From contig JAJRWI010000077.1 of assembly GCA_024276825.1 (NCBI GenBank), positions 14,502-78,501 of the forward strand: DNA of 64,000 nt, given 5' to 3'. The DNA comes from an archaeon (GTDB lineage: Archaea > Asgardarchaeota > Thorarchaeia > Thorarchaeales > Thorarchaeaceae). The position numbers were made by a program, and so were the translations under genes. A model generated the notes under the pieces. It had not been told where the DNA came from and searched no databases. It saw nothing but the letters and a program-made list of their open reading frames with translations. Of this stretch, positions 29,396-39,218 are shown one piece after another (the first letter of the stretch is position 1; each line of letters starts with the position of its first letter).

Positions 29396-32332
29396 ATGAG
29401 CGAAGCCATCCAACCAACTGAATCGTCCGAACCTTCTTTTCACGCCATCCCCCTAGAAGAAATCTATAGGATTCTTGAAGTCGACCCTTCTACAGGACTG
29501 TCTAAAACTGAGGCAGTCAAGCGCATCGAGAAATATGGACCAAACACAATTCGAAAGGTCAAGGGCTCAATCTGGCAAGTGTACATTGCACCAATATTGA
29601 ACTGGTTGATCACAATTTATCTCATCAGCTCCTTTGCGCTTGTTGCATTAGCCTATTTTTTCCCTGAGGCTTACAGCAATGAGAATCCTCTTGCTCAAGC
29701 AACCCTGTGGCTTGGTGTTGTCTTCATCAACTGTATTGTTGCAATATTTCAACAGATTCGTGCACAGAAAAAACTGGAGGCACTTGAAAAGCTGTCTGCT
29801 GGTGAGGCGCGAGTAATAAGGAATGGCGTTGAAGTCAAGGTAAGCCCTGATGAGATAGTCCCTGGTGATATAATAAAGCTGGAACAGGGTGATAAAATTC
29901 CTGCGGATGGCAGAATTATCAACTGCAGCAATTTTGCCACAAATGAGGCCTCACTTACTGGTGAGAGTGTTCCTGTCACCAAATTTGCTGATGCTAAGGT
30001 GAACGAAGATGCCCCCCTCACTGATATGGCCAACACAGTGTTTCTTGGAACATATGTTGCAACTGGCAATGCACTAGTCATTGTCACTAAGACTGGAAGC
30101 GATACTGAGATTGGCAAGATTCAGGGTGAACTTGAACAATTGAACACTGGGGACATCCCCCTTCGGAAAAAAGTCAATATGTTGGCAAAGTATCTAGCAA
30201 TCACAGCAGTAGCTCTTATGACCCTTTCAATTTTCTGGCCCATGTATGGGCTACCACTCTTTGGATATGCTTTCGATATGACGATACCTGAGGCACTGAG
30301 TGTTGCTATCATTAAAGCAATGACAATCATGCCAATAAACATCCCCCTCCTGACGACCATTGTGCTTCTTACAGGAGTTCTTGCTATGGCCAAGAAGGGT
30401 GTTATCATAAGGGATCTCTCCGCTGTTGAGAGCCTTGGCCGTGTCAGCATTATCTGTTCCGACAAGACTGGAACAATGACAAAGAATGAGATGACAGTCA
30501 AGTACATCTGGGATCTAGAAAACCTCTATTATGTGACTGGAGATGGCTACTCACCTAGAGGTGACATCTTCAGATTACAGGACGAGCAGCAGGTGGACCC
30601 ACTAAATCTTGATAATGCAGTCAAGGTGACTGATGTTCTTGGATGGCGTGGGCTTTACAGGATTATAGTCAATGGCGGTATAAATAATGACTCTGCAATC
30701 GAGAAGCGAGAGCTTCCCGATCAGGGTACGGTCTGGCTACCAATGGGTGATCCCACTGACGCAGCACTCCTGACTCTATTTAGAAAGAGCGGTCTGAATG
30801 AAGATGCTCTGCATGAGAAATATCGGGTTGTGAAAGAATTCCCATTTGACTCTGAGCTCAAGAGGATGTCAAAGATATGTGTTGATGAAGATAAGTTCAT
30901 TGTGTTCACAAAGGGTGCAACCGAGATAATTCTTCCTCGCTGCACTATGATTAACGGAAGCAAAGAGCCCTCTTACATGACTGAGAATGATGTGAAGAGA
31001 ATTCGCGAGCTAGCGGACAGCTTTGCATCAAGGGGTTATCGTGTAATTTCACTCGCCTATCGCCGAATGGAAACACTCCCTCTATCTGAAGATGCAAGAG
31101 AACAAGCTGAAACCAACCTCATATACTTGGGATTTGTCTGCATTGTTGATCCACCAAGAGAGGGTGTAAAAGAGGCTGTTGAAGCGTGCCATAATGCAGG
31201 CATAAATGTAGTAATGATCACTGGTGACTCAGCACCTACTGCAAAGACCATCGCTGAAGAACTTGGCATCTATCAGGCCAACTCCCTTGTTGTTGAGGGT
31301 AGTGATATTGAACTACTGTCTGATGATAACTTTGTGCGAGTGAATGTCTTTGCGAGAGTCAATCCTGCTCACAAGCAAGTCATTGTCGAACGCTATCAGA
31401 ATGAGAAGAAAGTAGTAGGTATGACTGGTGATGGTGTCAATGACGCTCTTGCACTTGCGATGAGTGATGTGGGCATTGCTATGGGGATAACTGGTACAGA
31501 TGTAGCAAAAGAGGCCGCAGATCTTGTCATCACAGATGACAGCTTTGCATCCATTGTCAAAGGTGTAGAACAAGGCCGTGGTCTTATCTCGAAGATTCGA
31601 ATGATGATTTACTTCTACATCGCTATTAATCTGTTTGAGAGCATCATCTTCTTCGGCGCAATGTTCGTTCTTCCCGAAGTTATGAGTCTGCTGACCAATT
31701 GGCAGGCCCTCTATCTTGTTGTCACTACACACTCATTTCCTGGACTTGCTCTCGTCTTTGATAAAACGTCGCCTGGTGTTATGAAAGAGAAGCCCCGTGA
31801 CAGCGAAGAAATCATTACTCGCTCACTGGCGAAATTCATGGCATTGCATGTTGCACTCATGGCACTAGGTGCAGCACTAATCTATGCGATAACCTATACA
31901 CAATGGTTGGGCCTAATCCCAATTAATCCTACAAATCTAAGTGGGTATTACCCAATGTTTGCACCATTTGAGGATGGTAGCCCGACTGTTCAACCAATAC
32001 ACAAGGCTGCAATGATGATGCTTACAGTGTTTCTGATCGTTGAGAGCACTGTGGTGTTGATAGTCCGAAGGATAAACATGCCAATTACAAAAGGCATCAG
32101 AGAACCCGGAATACTACGTTTTGCTGTACTTCTTGGACTGATTTATCTTGCTCATCTATTGTTGATGTACAATGTTGCTGTGCAGGAGATTCTTGCGATC
32201 TACAACCTCAATTTTTACTTCATTCCGCTCTCACTGTGGGATTGGGTGATCTGCATCTTGTTCTCATTGCCGGCCATAATTGGAATGGAACTGTACAAGT
32301 CACATTTGAGATCTAGGGGAGTAACTCTATGA
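29396..32332 (+). CDS. P-type cation-transporting ATPase (type II, Ca2+/cation-like).
   Basis: Motifs CSDKTGTMT, TGDGVNDALALA and ~10 TM segments. The ORF tracker begins at GTG 29390. The first ATG is at 29396. Confidence 0.85.
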   Translation: MSEAIQPTESSEPSFHAIPLEEIYRILEVDPSTGLSKTEAVKRIEKYGPNTIRKVKGSIWQVYIAPILNWLITIYLISSFALVALAYFFPEAYSNENPLAQATLWLGVVFINCIVAIFQQIRAQKKLEALEKLSAGEARVIRNGVEVKVSPDEIVPGDIIKLEQGDKIPADGRIINCSNFATNEASLTGESVPVTKFADAKVNEDAPLTDMANTVFLGTYVATGNALVIVTKTGSDTEIGKIQGELEQLNTGDIPLRKKVNMLAKYLAITAVALMTLSIFWPMYGLPLFGYAFDMTIPEALSVAIIKAMTIMPINIPLLTTIVLLTGVLAMAKKGVIIRDLSAVESLGRVSIICSDKTGTMTKNEMTVKYIWDLENLYYVTGDGYSPRGDIFRLQDEQQVDPLNLDNAVKVTDVLGWRGLYRIIVNGGINNDSAIEKRELPDQGTVWLPMGDPTDAALLTLFRKSGLNEDALHEKYRVVKEFPFDSELKRMSKICVDEDKFIVFTKGATEIILPRCTMINGSKEPSYMTENDVKRIRELADSFASRGYRVISLAYRRMETLPLSEDAREQAETNLIYLGFVCIVDPPREGVKEAVEACHNAGINVVMITGDSAPTAKTIAEELGIYQANSLVVEGSDIELLSDDNFVRVNVFARVNPAHKQVIVERYQNEKKVVGMTGDGVNDALALAMSDVGIAMGITGTDVAKEAADLVITDDSFASIVKGVEQGRGLISKIRMMIYFYIAINLFESIIFFGAMFVLPEVMSLLTNWQALYLVVTTHSFPGLALVFDKTSPGVMKEKPRDSEEIITRSLAKFMALHVALMALGAALIYAITYTQWLGLIPINPTNLSGYYPMFAPFEDGSPTVQPIHKAAMMMLTVFLIVESTVVLIVRRINMPITKGIREPGILRFAVLLGLIYLAHLLLMYNVAVQEILAIYNLNFYFIPLSLWDWVICILFSLPAIIGMELYKSHLRSRGVTL

Positions 32333-32463
32333 TTAAGTATCCCAGAATCACATCTTGCATATGAAGAGCAATTCATGCAAAGTATATACATTATATAAAA
32401 CGCAAGAAAATATGTGGAACTCTATAAATAGCGCTTTCTATCCATTTATCATGGGCAATTTCA

Positions 32464-33303
32464 ATGGCACGTGTTACAACACACAAGATCAAACAGATGA
32501 AAGCAAAGGGCAAAAAGATTGTCATGCTCACCGCCTATGATACTCCCACAGCCAAGATTCTCAGTGATTGTGGTATTGACATCATCCTTGTGGGCGACTC
32601 TGTGGGCAACTCTCTGCTAGGCTACGAGAGCACAATTCCTGTGACCCTCAATGACATCATCCATCACTGTGCCGCGGTTTCAAGAGCGCATCCCAAAAGC
32701 CTTATCGTTGGAGACATGCCCTTTATGACCTACAAGGTCAGCATTGAACAGGCTTTAGAAAACTGTGGGAGGATGCTTCAAGAGGGTGGTGCAGAAGCAG
32801 TCAAGATTGAAGGTGGCGGTAAGGTAATAGAAAAGATCGAGGCTGTTGTCGATGCTGGGATACCGGTAATGGGACATATAGGCCTTACACCACAGTCTAT
32901 CTATGAACTTGGCGGCTATAGGGTGCAGGGCAGGACCGCAGAAACTGCGAAGGCGCTTGTAGAAACCGCAAAAAAGATTGAAGCCGCAGGGGCATTCTCT
33001 CTTGTGATAGAGCTTGTGCCCTCAGATACTGCCAAGTTAATCACAGAATCAATCAATATTCCGACAATAGGTATTGGGGCAGGTCCTTACTGCGATGGGC
33101 AGGTCCTTGTTCTATGGGACATGCTGGGGCTCTTTGATGAGTTTAACCCAAAGTTCTTGAAGAAATATGCCAATATTCGCAGTGTGATAACTGAGGCTGT
33201 AAATCAGTATTCTGATGAGGTCAGGGAGGGTATATTTCCCGACAAAGAACATAGCTTTGAACTCTCAGAAGAGGAGTCTGGTCGGCTCTACGGTCGCACC
33301 TAG
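32464..33303 (+). CDS. panB: 3-methyl-2-oxobutanoate hydroxymethyltransferase (ketopantoate hydroxymethyltransferase).
   Basis: Motifs KIVMLTAYD...ILVGDSVGN...VGDMPF...GIGAGPYCDGQVLV. Confidence 0.85.
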   Translation: MARVTTHKIKQMKAKGKKIVMLTAYDTPTAKILSDCGIDIILVGDSVGNSLLGYESTIPVTLNDIIHHCAAVSRAHPKSLIVGDMPFMTYKVSIEQALENCGRMLQEGGAEAVKIEGGGKVIEKIEAVVDAGIPVMGHIGLTPQSIYELGGYRVQGRTAETAKALVETAKKIEAAGAFSLVIELVPSDTAKLITESINIPTIGIGAGPYCDGQVLVLWDMLGLFDEFNPKFLKKYANIRSVITEAVNQYSDEVREGIFPDKEHSFELSEEESGRLYGRT

Positions 33304-33321
33304 CCGACCTTCAACATTCTT

Positions 33322-33543
33322 CTACTCTTTCTTTATCGTTTCATTAAGTGCTTTAACTAAGGCATCTGGATCAATTCCATGAGCTATGGCACCCTGTTCG
33401 ATGTTCTCAAACCTCGCTACAGCACAGCCATAGCAATGCAATCCCCACTCTAGAAAAGTTCCCGCAGTTTCAGGCCATCGGACAACTACTTCTCCAATTG
33501 TCATCTCTTTTGTAATCTCTTCATCAGTCATCTTTTTCTTCAC
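33322..33543 (-). CDS. DUF1858-type small redox/disulfide domain protein.
   Basis: 73 aa with IGEVV..P......G..C.GC, characteristic of DUF1858. Confidence 0.6.
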   Translation of the reverse strand: MKKKMTDEEITKEMTIGEVVVRWPETAGTFLEWGLHCYGCAVARFENIEQGAIAHGIDPDALVKALNETIKKE

Positions 33544-33644
33544 CGATTCAATTAACTATGATTAATTTTTATTAATTACTTAAATATATGTTGTCGGCGG
33601 CATGACTCTGTTCGAAACTAATATTGGCTTATCAAGGTGGCATT

Positions 33645-33929
33645 CTACTCAGTACTAACAATCTCATTCACAAGTTTGATTAATCGTGGGATCTTTTTGT
33701 TTGCAATCTTATAGAGACGCTTTTGTCCCTCTTTGCGGGAAACCAGAATCCCCGATTTTACTAGCTGTGTGAGATATGATGACACTGTTGATTGTGACAC
33801 ACGAATGCTGGGATGAATCTCACACTGACAGAGCTCGCCATCCAGCAACATCTGGATGATCTGCAACCTGACAGGATTGGCAAGTGCTCTGTAGAACTCT
33901 GCAGTTCTTTCAAATGTGTTCTCTGTCAT
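33645..33929 (-). CDS. ArsR/SmtB-family transcriptional regulator.
   Basis: LANPVRLQIIQML..GELCQCEI...STVSSYLTQLVKSGIL is a helix-turn-helix with a metal-binding CxC. Confidence 0.85.
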   Translation of the reverse strand: MTENTFERTAEFYRALANPVRLQIIQMLLDGELCQCEIHPSIRVSQSTVSSYLTQLVKSGILVSRKEGQKRLYKIANKKIPRLIKLVNEIVSTE

Positions 33930-33958
33930 ATAAACACCTCATTCATACTATAAATCTT

Positions 33959-33972
33959 GAATATTCGAATAT
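33959..33972. promoter_or_regulatory. Perfect 14-bp palindrome AATATTCGAATATT in the divergent arsR / membrane-protein promoter region, a candidate ArsR operator. A related half-site TCGAATATTGAG lies at ~34022-34033.
   Basis: Read directly from the sequence. It lies between the arsR start at 33929 (minus strand) and the plus-strand gene starting at 34168. Confidence 0.45.
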
Positions 33973-34167
33973 TGAGATATTATTTCATCACTTCTATAAG
34001 AATCCCTTGGTTTGAAAACTCACTCGAATATTGAGGACTTATTGAAGACAACGATAATCTTCAGATATGGAAATGCTCAAGTGAATTTTTGCTGCTTTCA
34101 AAGATAATATTTAATATCTCGGAACGAGTTTCAATTTGAGTCTCATGAAACTAATGGAGGAATTCAC

Positions 34168-35010
34168 GTGGGGATAATAGAATTCGACGATTCGGATTTT
34201 GGCGAATTGAAAAAAGATCAGCTGACTTGGTTTCTGCCCACAAGCATATTATTTGGAATTGGATATCTGGGGTTGATCTTTGTCTACTTGCTCATGATAC
34301 CAATTTCATATGAAATGGCAATGTCTGCTCCATTCATTGCATTAACGACAGCTATGCATGTTCTTGTGCTCGCTCGCTTTTTTGGACTTCTGGGGCTCTA
34401 TGGCAAATACAAGAATAGTCTATGCCTTCTTGCATCAATTCTTATTTATCTTGATATACTCCTTTTAGCTCCAATTCAAGTAGGCCTTGCCACTCTTGCC
34501 AATTTGATTGGTGATCCCTCATTGTTTTTTTCCATGAATACAATCTTCAATTTTGCAATGTCGTTTGTGATATTCATTGTTATTGCACAATCTCTGATAC
34601 AACTTCGCCCACGATTGAAATCTCCTCAATTAGTCAATCTATTCATAATTGTTGGACTCATTTTCATGGCATATACTATATTGGACATTTCGGCTTTCAC
34701 TCTCAATCTATTCTTTGAATATCGACTATTATCCAGCTTGATTGGAGTGGTATTATTTGGCTCGTTCTTTCTCACTCTTCTTGGAATCTTTTACACTGAA
34801 TATGATGAGAGTGTTGTCCCACTATCAGAACCCTTAACTTCATCTATCGAGATTCTGATGGGATCCATTCTTCCTGTTATCGGTATGTCTTTCATTGGCT
34901 ATTCGCCAATTGTGGCTTTGGTGTTGATTGTGGTCGGAATAATTCTATTGCACCTCATCTATTCTGAGAGAAAACATAGTTTAGAATCATTTACAAGTAT
35001 CGAAGATTGA
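34168..35010 (+). CDS. Hypothetical polytopic membrane protein (~8 TM).
   Basis: GTG start with GGAGG 8 nt upstream. Hydrophobic throughout. Divergent from arsR. Confidence 0.5.
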   Translation: MGIIEFDDSDFGELKKDQLTWFLPTSILFGIGYLGLIFVYLLMIPISYEMAMSAPFIALTTAMHVLVLARFFGLLGLYGKYKNSLCLLASILIYLDILLLAPIQVGLATLANLIGDPSLFFSMNTIFNFAMSFVIFIVIAQSLIQLRPRLKSPQLVNLFIIVGLIFMAYTILDISAFTLNLFFEYRLLSSLIGVVLFGSFFLTLLGIFYTEYDESVVPLSEPLTSSIEILMGSILPVIGMSFIGYSPIVALVLIVVGIILLHLIYSERKHSLESFTSIED

Positions 35011-35157
35011 ATGTGAATGATATTAATTCATCGGACCAGTTGACCACTTTGAGAAGATTTGAAACAGGATTACTTTGCATTATAGTTGCTTATATAGCAT
35101 TATAAAAATATTCCAATATAGCGATATTCCTATTTGACGAATAATTGAATTTGTAGT

Positions 35158-36129
35158 CTAACCGTTATAGATAAACCTGTATAGATTTCCCACTCCATTA
35201 CTGATGAATGAATTGCCAAACTCTCTGGCCATTGAGCATTGTGCTCTCCAGCCTGTGCAATGACATGGTACAATCAAATTCGGATTATACTTCTTGAGGT
35301 CTCGAATTGTCCGCTTGATTCTCAGTTCATTACTTCTTCCGGCCAGATGAAGCCCCCCTATGATTGCAGTGATTTTTGAAACCCCAGAAATCCTTGTTGC
35401 TTCTTTGATAATATTGATGATTCCTGAGTGACTACAGCCTGTCAGAATTACAATTCCCTTGCCCTTCACATGAACCACCGCAAATCTATCATCCACAACC
35501 TTTTGATCATCATACCACTTTTCGCCCTCTTGAATCTCATGACCAATGAATCCTCCCTCATATTCAGTAATTCTGGGAACCTCTCCACTCAGAAGCATTG
35601 TGTTGTTTGCAATGAATGTGGGACTATTAGTGAGAACAAGTTCTCCACCACGCCTCGTAATCTCATCAAATGTGAATAGTGGTTTCATCTCTCTATATCT
35701 GGTGCCTGCATCAGTTTCATATCTAACACGACGCTTGTTTGCAGACTTAGGGTGCATGAAAACCCTCACTGATTCCTCCATGTTCTCAAGCAATGATAAA
35801 AGGCCACCTGCGTGATCCCCATGTCCGTGTGAGATTGCAATGGCTTCGATCTCTTTTGGGCTGACATTCAGTATCTCTGCATTATTCAGCAGCACTTGGC
35901 CTGAGCTTCCTGTGTCATATATTATGGTCTGAACATCCCTATCAACATAGATTCTGACCAGTAGCGACAGTCCATGAGTGGCCATCAACTTATGAGGATC
36001 AAAACTGGGACCAGAAACCCAATGCCTTGCTCGTATAACCTCCTTTCTTTCAACACTGGTCATCTGGTCTATGATGTTGTCTACAAGAGATATGATCTCT
36101 ACTCTATCTACAGGCCGAATTTTGGGCAA
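35158..36129 (-). CDS. MBL-fold metallo-hydrolase.
   Basis: HGHGDHAGG motif (H-x-H-x-D-H). Confidence 0.75.
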   Translation of the reverse strand: MPKIRPVDRVEIISLVDNIIDQMTSVERKEVIRARHWVSGPSFDPHKLMATHGLSLLVRIYVDRDVQTIIYDTGSSGQVLLNNAEILNVSPKEIEAIAISHGHGDHAGGLLSLLENMEESVRVFMHPKSANKRRVRYETDAGTRYREMKPLFTFDEITRRGGELVLTNSPTFIANNTMLLSGEVPRITEYEGGFIGHEIQEGEKWYDDQKVVDDRFAVVHVKGKGIVILTGCSHSGIINIIKEATRISGVSKITAIIGGLHLAGRSNELRIKRTIRDLKKYNPNLIVPCHCTGWRAQCSMAREFGNSFISNGVGNLYRFIYNG

Positions 36130-36141
36130 AATGGCGGCCTC

Positions 36142-36564
36142 TTATAGAATCATGTGTTCTAGACCTTTCTCTCTTAGGACTTCAGGATAGATCTTGTAGA
36201 GTGGTTTGATCTTTGACAGAAGACCCAAAGCCTTGGCTACTGACCCCTGAAGTTTGACCTGCCCTCTGGCCATTGCAATTGTTGTGTTCAGCTTGCCCTG
36301 CCAGAACTTGTTAGTGGTTTCAGATGTACTCCATACTGCAATCTCTGGCTCGACATCTGAATCAAAAGTAAGTGTTCCAATCTCTCCACCCGGACCAGGG
36401 TCCCTAAAGTTTATCGTCATGTGAATCTCTGGCTGCTCGATGTCGAACCTGACTACGATTTTTGATTTTTTGAGTTTCTCCATGACTTCGGTCTGCTGGG
36501 TGGCCAGTTCCCAGAATCTATTGAATACTTCCTTAAATTGCTCAGCGCTCTCAAAGAATGGCAT
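36142..36564 (-). CDS. SCP2 sterol-carrier-like domain protein.
   Basis: 140 aa. The C-terminal ...ARGQVKLQGSVAKALGL... is typical of SCP2. Confidence 0.6.
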   Translation of the reverse strand: MPFFESAEQFKEVFNRFWELATQQTEVMEKLKKSKIVVRFDIEQPEIHMTINFRDPGPGGEIGTLTFDSDVEPEIAVWSTSETTNKFWQGKLNTTIAMARGQVKLQGSVAKALGLLSKIKPLYKIYPEVLREKGLEHMIL

Positions 36565-36699
36565 TATATCTCACCTGTAATTATGTCCTGCGTTCCAACT
36601 GAAAACTTTTGGGATTCTTGTTATCTGGCATAAATTAGCGAAATTTGAAATATTCAACTACCTTCTAATACATTGACTGATTGAGAATTTTGAACTCAA

Positions 36700-38370
36700 T
36701 TAACCGCGATAGCCATTAACAATGGGCATTTTCCATCCTATTCCAAAGGCCTTTTTAGTTATCTTGATGCACGGGGGTGCCTGCCATCGCTTATACTCAG
36801 CCCTCCTGATACGTGAATATACATCCTCGACCACATCCGGGGGATAGCCCATTTCAATCAGTTCTTTCTTACTACGTCGGTTCTCCACTATCTCATCAAC
36901 CATTGGACTAACAATATCAAAGTCAAAAGGGTCATATTGGTCTGGCCTTAATTCGGCCGAAGGGCGCTTCTCAATACTCCCACGCGGAATGATATGACAT
37001 CCTGCCCTTCTGTTCACATACTCGGCAAGTCTGTATACTTCAAGCTTGCTGACATCACCGATGACTCCGACCCCTCCTGTCATGTCACCATAAAGTGTGC
37101 AATAGCCAAGAGCGAGCTCTGTCTTGTTTCCTGTGTTGAGGACGAGTATTCGAAGGTCTCTCAAGCGGTTTGAGATGTCCATCAAGATGTTGCCTCTGAC
37201 ACGAGGCTGAATGTTTTCATCAGCGACTGGGTCATCATGTTCCTTACTGACACCAAATAATAATCTCAAGTCTTCTAATGGGGCATCAAGCGTACAATGA
37301 TATTGATCAACAATCTCTTGTATGGGTATTGTAAGATACTTTATCCCCAAATTCTCTGCGAGAAGTTCTGCATCGGACTTGCTGTGATCGCTTGAGAACC
37401 TTGATGGCATAGAGATACCAATCACATTCTCGGGACCAAGTGCTTCAACAGCAATAGCAGCTGTCACGGATGAATCGATACCCCCACTTAGCCCAAGAAC
37501 GGCCCTCTTAAAGCCAGTCTTTCTAAAATAGTCACGAATGCCCAGCGCCAGAGCCTTGAATATCTCAGCATCTTGATCATACGGGGGAAAGTCCACTTTA
37601 TTTGCAGTACCCTTGATCACATCCAAATCAACAACAATTAGCTCCTCTTCAAATGCAGTCCCATAGGCTATTAGATCACCATCACAATCACAACCCAAAC
37701 TCTGACCATCAAATACAAGTTCGTCCTGACCTCCGATTAGATTGGCAAGAAACATGGGTACTCCATTTTCTCTGGCCTTGTTTTGAATGAGTTCGAATCT
37801 CTCTTTACACTTGCCCACATGAAATGGGGATGCTGAGATAATGATGATGAGTTGGGCCCCCCTTTCACACAGAATCTTTGAAACCTTAATGTCATATGAG
37901 TCATCCCAAAGGTCTTCACAGATCTCAATGCCAACTTTAAGTGGTTCTCCTAGCAGATTAATGTCTACTGGCTGTATCTCATCAATTGTAGCAGGTTTGA
38001 AATATCTGACCTCATCAAAGACATCGTAGGTGGGCAAAAGTGTCTTGTGAATGATTCCCTCAATTCTCTTATTGCTGATGACAGCAGCTGCATTTCTAAT
38101 AACCCATGAGTCGTCAAAGTCAGCAAACCCAACAATGATTGTGATACCCTCTGAATGATCAATGATTCTGTTCAAAGCAGCCTTGTTCAAACGCAAGAAC
38201 TCATGATCAAAGAGCAGGTCAAGTGGTGGATAGCCTGTGATTGAAAGCTCTGGAAACGCAATCAGGTCAACCTCTTGCTCCTTGGCCTTCTTCACCCAAT
38301 CAATAATCAACTCCGTGTTGCCATCAATGTCACCGACTGTTGTGTTGATCTGAGCAAGCCCGATTCGCAA
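36700..38370 (-). CDS. nadE: Glutamine-dependent NAD+ synthetase (N-terminal CN-hydrolase domain + NAD synthase domain).
   Basis: The N-terminal nitrilase-like region (LAQINTTVGD...FPELSITGY) is followed by a PP-loop SGGIDSS. 556 aa. Confidence 0.8.
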   Translation of the reverse strand: MRIGLAQINTTVGDIDGNTELIIDWVKKAKEQEVDLIAFPELSITGYPPLDLLFDHEFLRLNKAALNRIIDHSEGITIIVGFADFDDSWVIRNAAAVISNKRIEGIIHKTLLPTYDVFDEVRYFKPATIDEIQPVDINLLGEPLKVGIEICEDLWDDSYDIKVSKILCERGAQLIIIISASPFHVGKCKERFELIQNKARENGVPMFLANLIGGQDELVFDGQSLGCDCDGDLIAYGTAFEEELIVVDLDVIKGTANKVDFPPYDQDAEIFKALALGIRDYFRKTGFKRAVLGLSGGIDSSVTAAIAVEALGPENVIGISMPSRFSSDHSKSDAELLAENLGIKYLTIPIQEIVDQYHCTLDAPLEDLRLLFGVSKEHDDPVADENIQPRVRGNILMDISNRLRDLRILVLNTGNKTELALGYCTLYGDMTGGVGVIGDVSKLEVYRLAEYVNRRAGCHIIPRGSIEKRPSAELRPDQYDPFDFDIVSPMVDEIVENRRSKKELIEMGYPPDVVEDVYSRIRRAEYKRWQAPPCIKITKKAFGIGWKMPIVNGYRG

Positions 38371-38448
38371 CTAATCTCACCATCAATCATTGGATGGTTC
38401 TATGATGCTGTTCTATGTTTTGAGTCTTGTCAATTGGTCGGTGTTTAC

Positions 38449-39102
38449 TTAGAAATCAAATGTGAGGGCCCTGACCTTCCCCTTGGATTCGACCAGTTCC
38501 TTCAACATCTTTGATGCAGTTTCATAGTGTTCAATTGCCAAATTGATTGATGCTTCAGACTCGGGGTCATATTCAATCCCAATATGGGCGAAGATATCCT
38601 CGAATTGATCGATTGAGTCTTCTATACCATAGATATGAAGAATGGAGTCACATACATGATATCGCACAAGATACTCAGGATCAATCACTGCTCTGAATAA
38701 CGCGTCAATTACTTCTGGAATGGGGAAATGTTTCAAACTCAATGCGGCCTCTAGCCTGAAATACTCGCTATCATTTTCTAGAACCTCTATTATATTGCCC
38801 ACATATTCAGTTGACTCTTCTATGACACAGAGTGCGATCGCAACATGTATCTTCAGCATTTCTGTGGCTTGTGGCAACATCTCTTTCAGGTGTGGAACTG
38901 CCTTTTCTGATCGTAATTCACGGAGTCCAATTGCCCCCCAATAACTCCCTGATTTCATCGCTCCTATAAGCATGCCCTCTGCCTTCGTACGTTCTTCTCC
39001 TTTCAAGCGAATGACCGATTTTGTATCAATCCCATCATGCCACATCATATACGGATCGCCAAAGTAGTTCTCCATGAAATACTCCCAATCTTTGCTTGAC
39101 AT
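38449..39102 (-). CDS. HEAT/PBS-lyase-like repeat protein.
   Basis: Repeated helical hairpins (AVPHLKEMLPQATEMLKIHVAIAL...; EVIDALFRAVIDPEYLVRYHVCDSI). Confidence 0.45.
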   Translation of the reverse strand: MSSKDWEYFMENYFGDPYMMWHDGIDTKSVIRLKGEERTKAEGMLIGAMKSGSYWGAIGLRELRSEKAVPHLKEMLPQATEMLKIHVAIALCVIEESTEYVGNIIEVLENDSEYFRLEAALSLKHFPIPEVIDALFRAVIDPEYLVRYHVCDSILHIYGIEDSIDQFEDIFAHIGIEYDPESEASINLAIEHYETASKMLKELVESKGKVRALTFDF

Positions 39103-39185
39103 TCTGCATCACTCTTGAGTTGCACATCATTTCAAGTTTTAATTTCTGTATTGTCATATGATAAACAATGGACCAAAAAGAGAGA

Positions 39186-39209
39186 GATTGCTGAGGTCTG
39201 AACCTCAGC
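39186..39209 (-). terminator. Hairpin (10-bp stem TTGCTGAGGT / ACCTCAGCAA, 4-nt loop). On the minus strand it is followed by a T5 run (~39166-39170), downstream of the thiolase-DUF35 operon.
   Basis: Read directly. It sits 10 nt past the DUF35 stop at 39219. Confidence 0.5.
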
Positions 39210-39218
39210 AAGGATATT

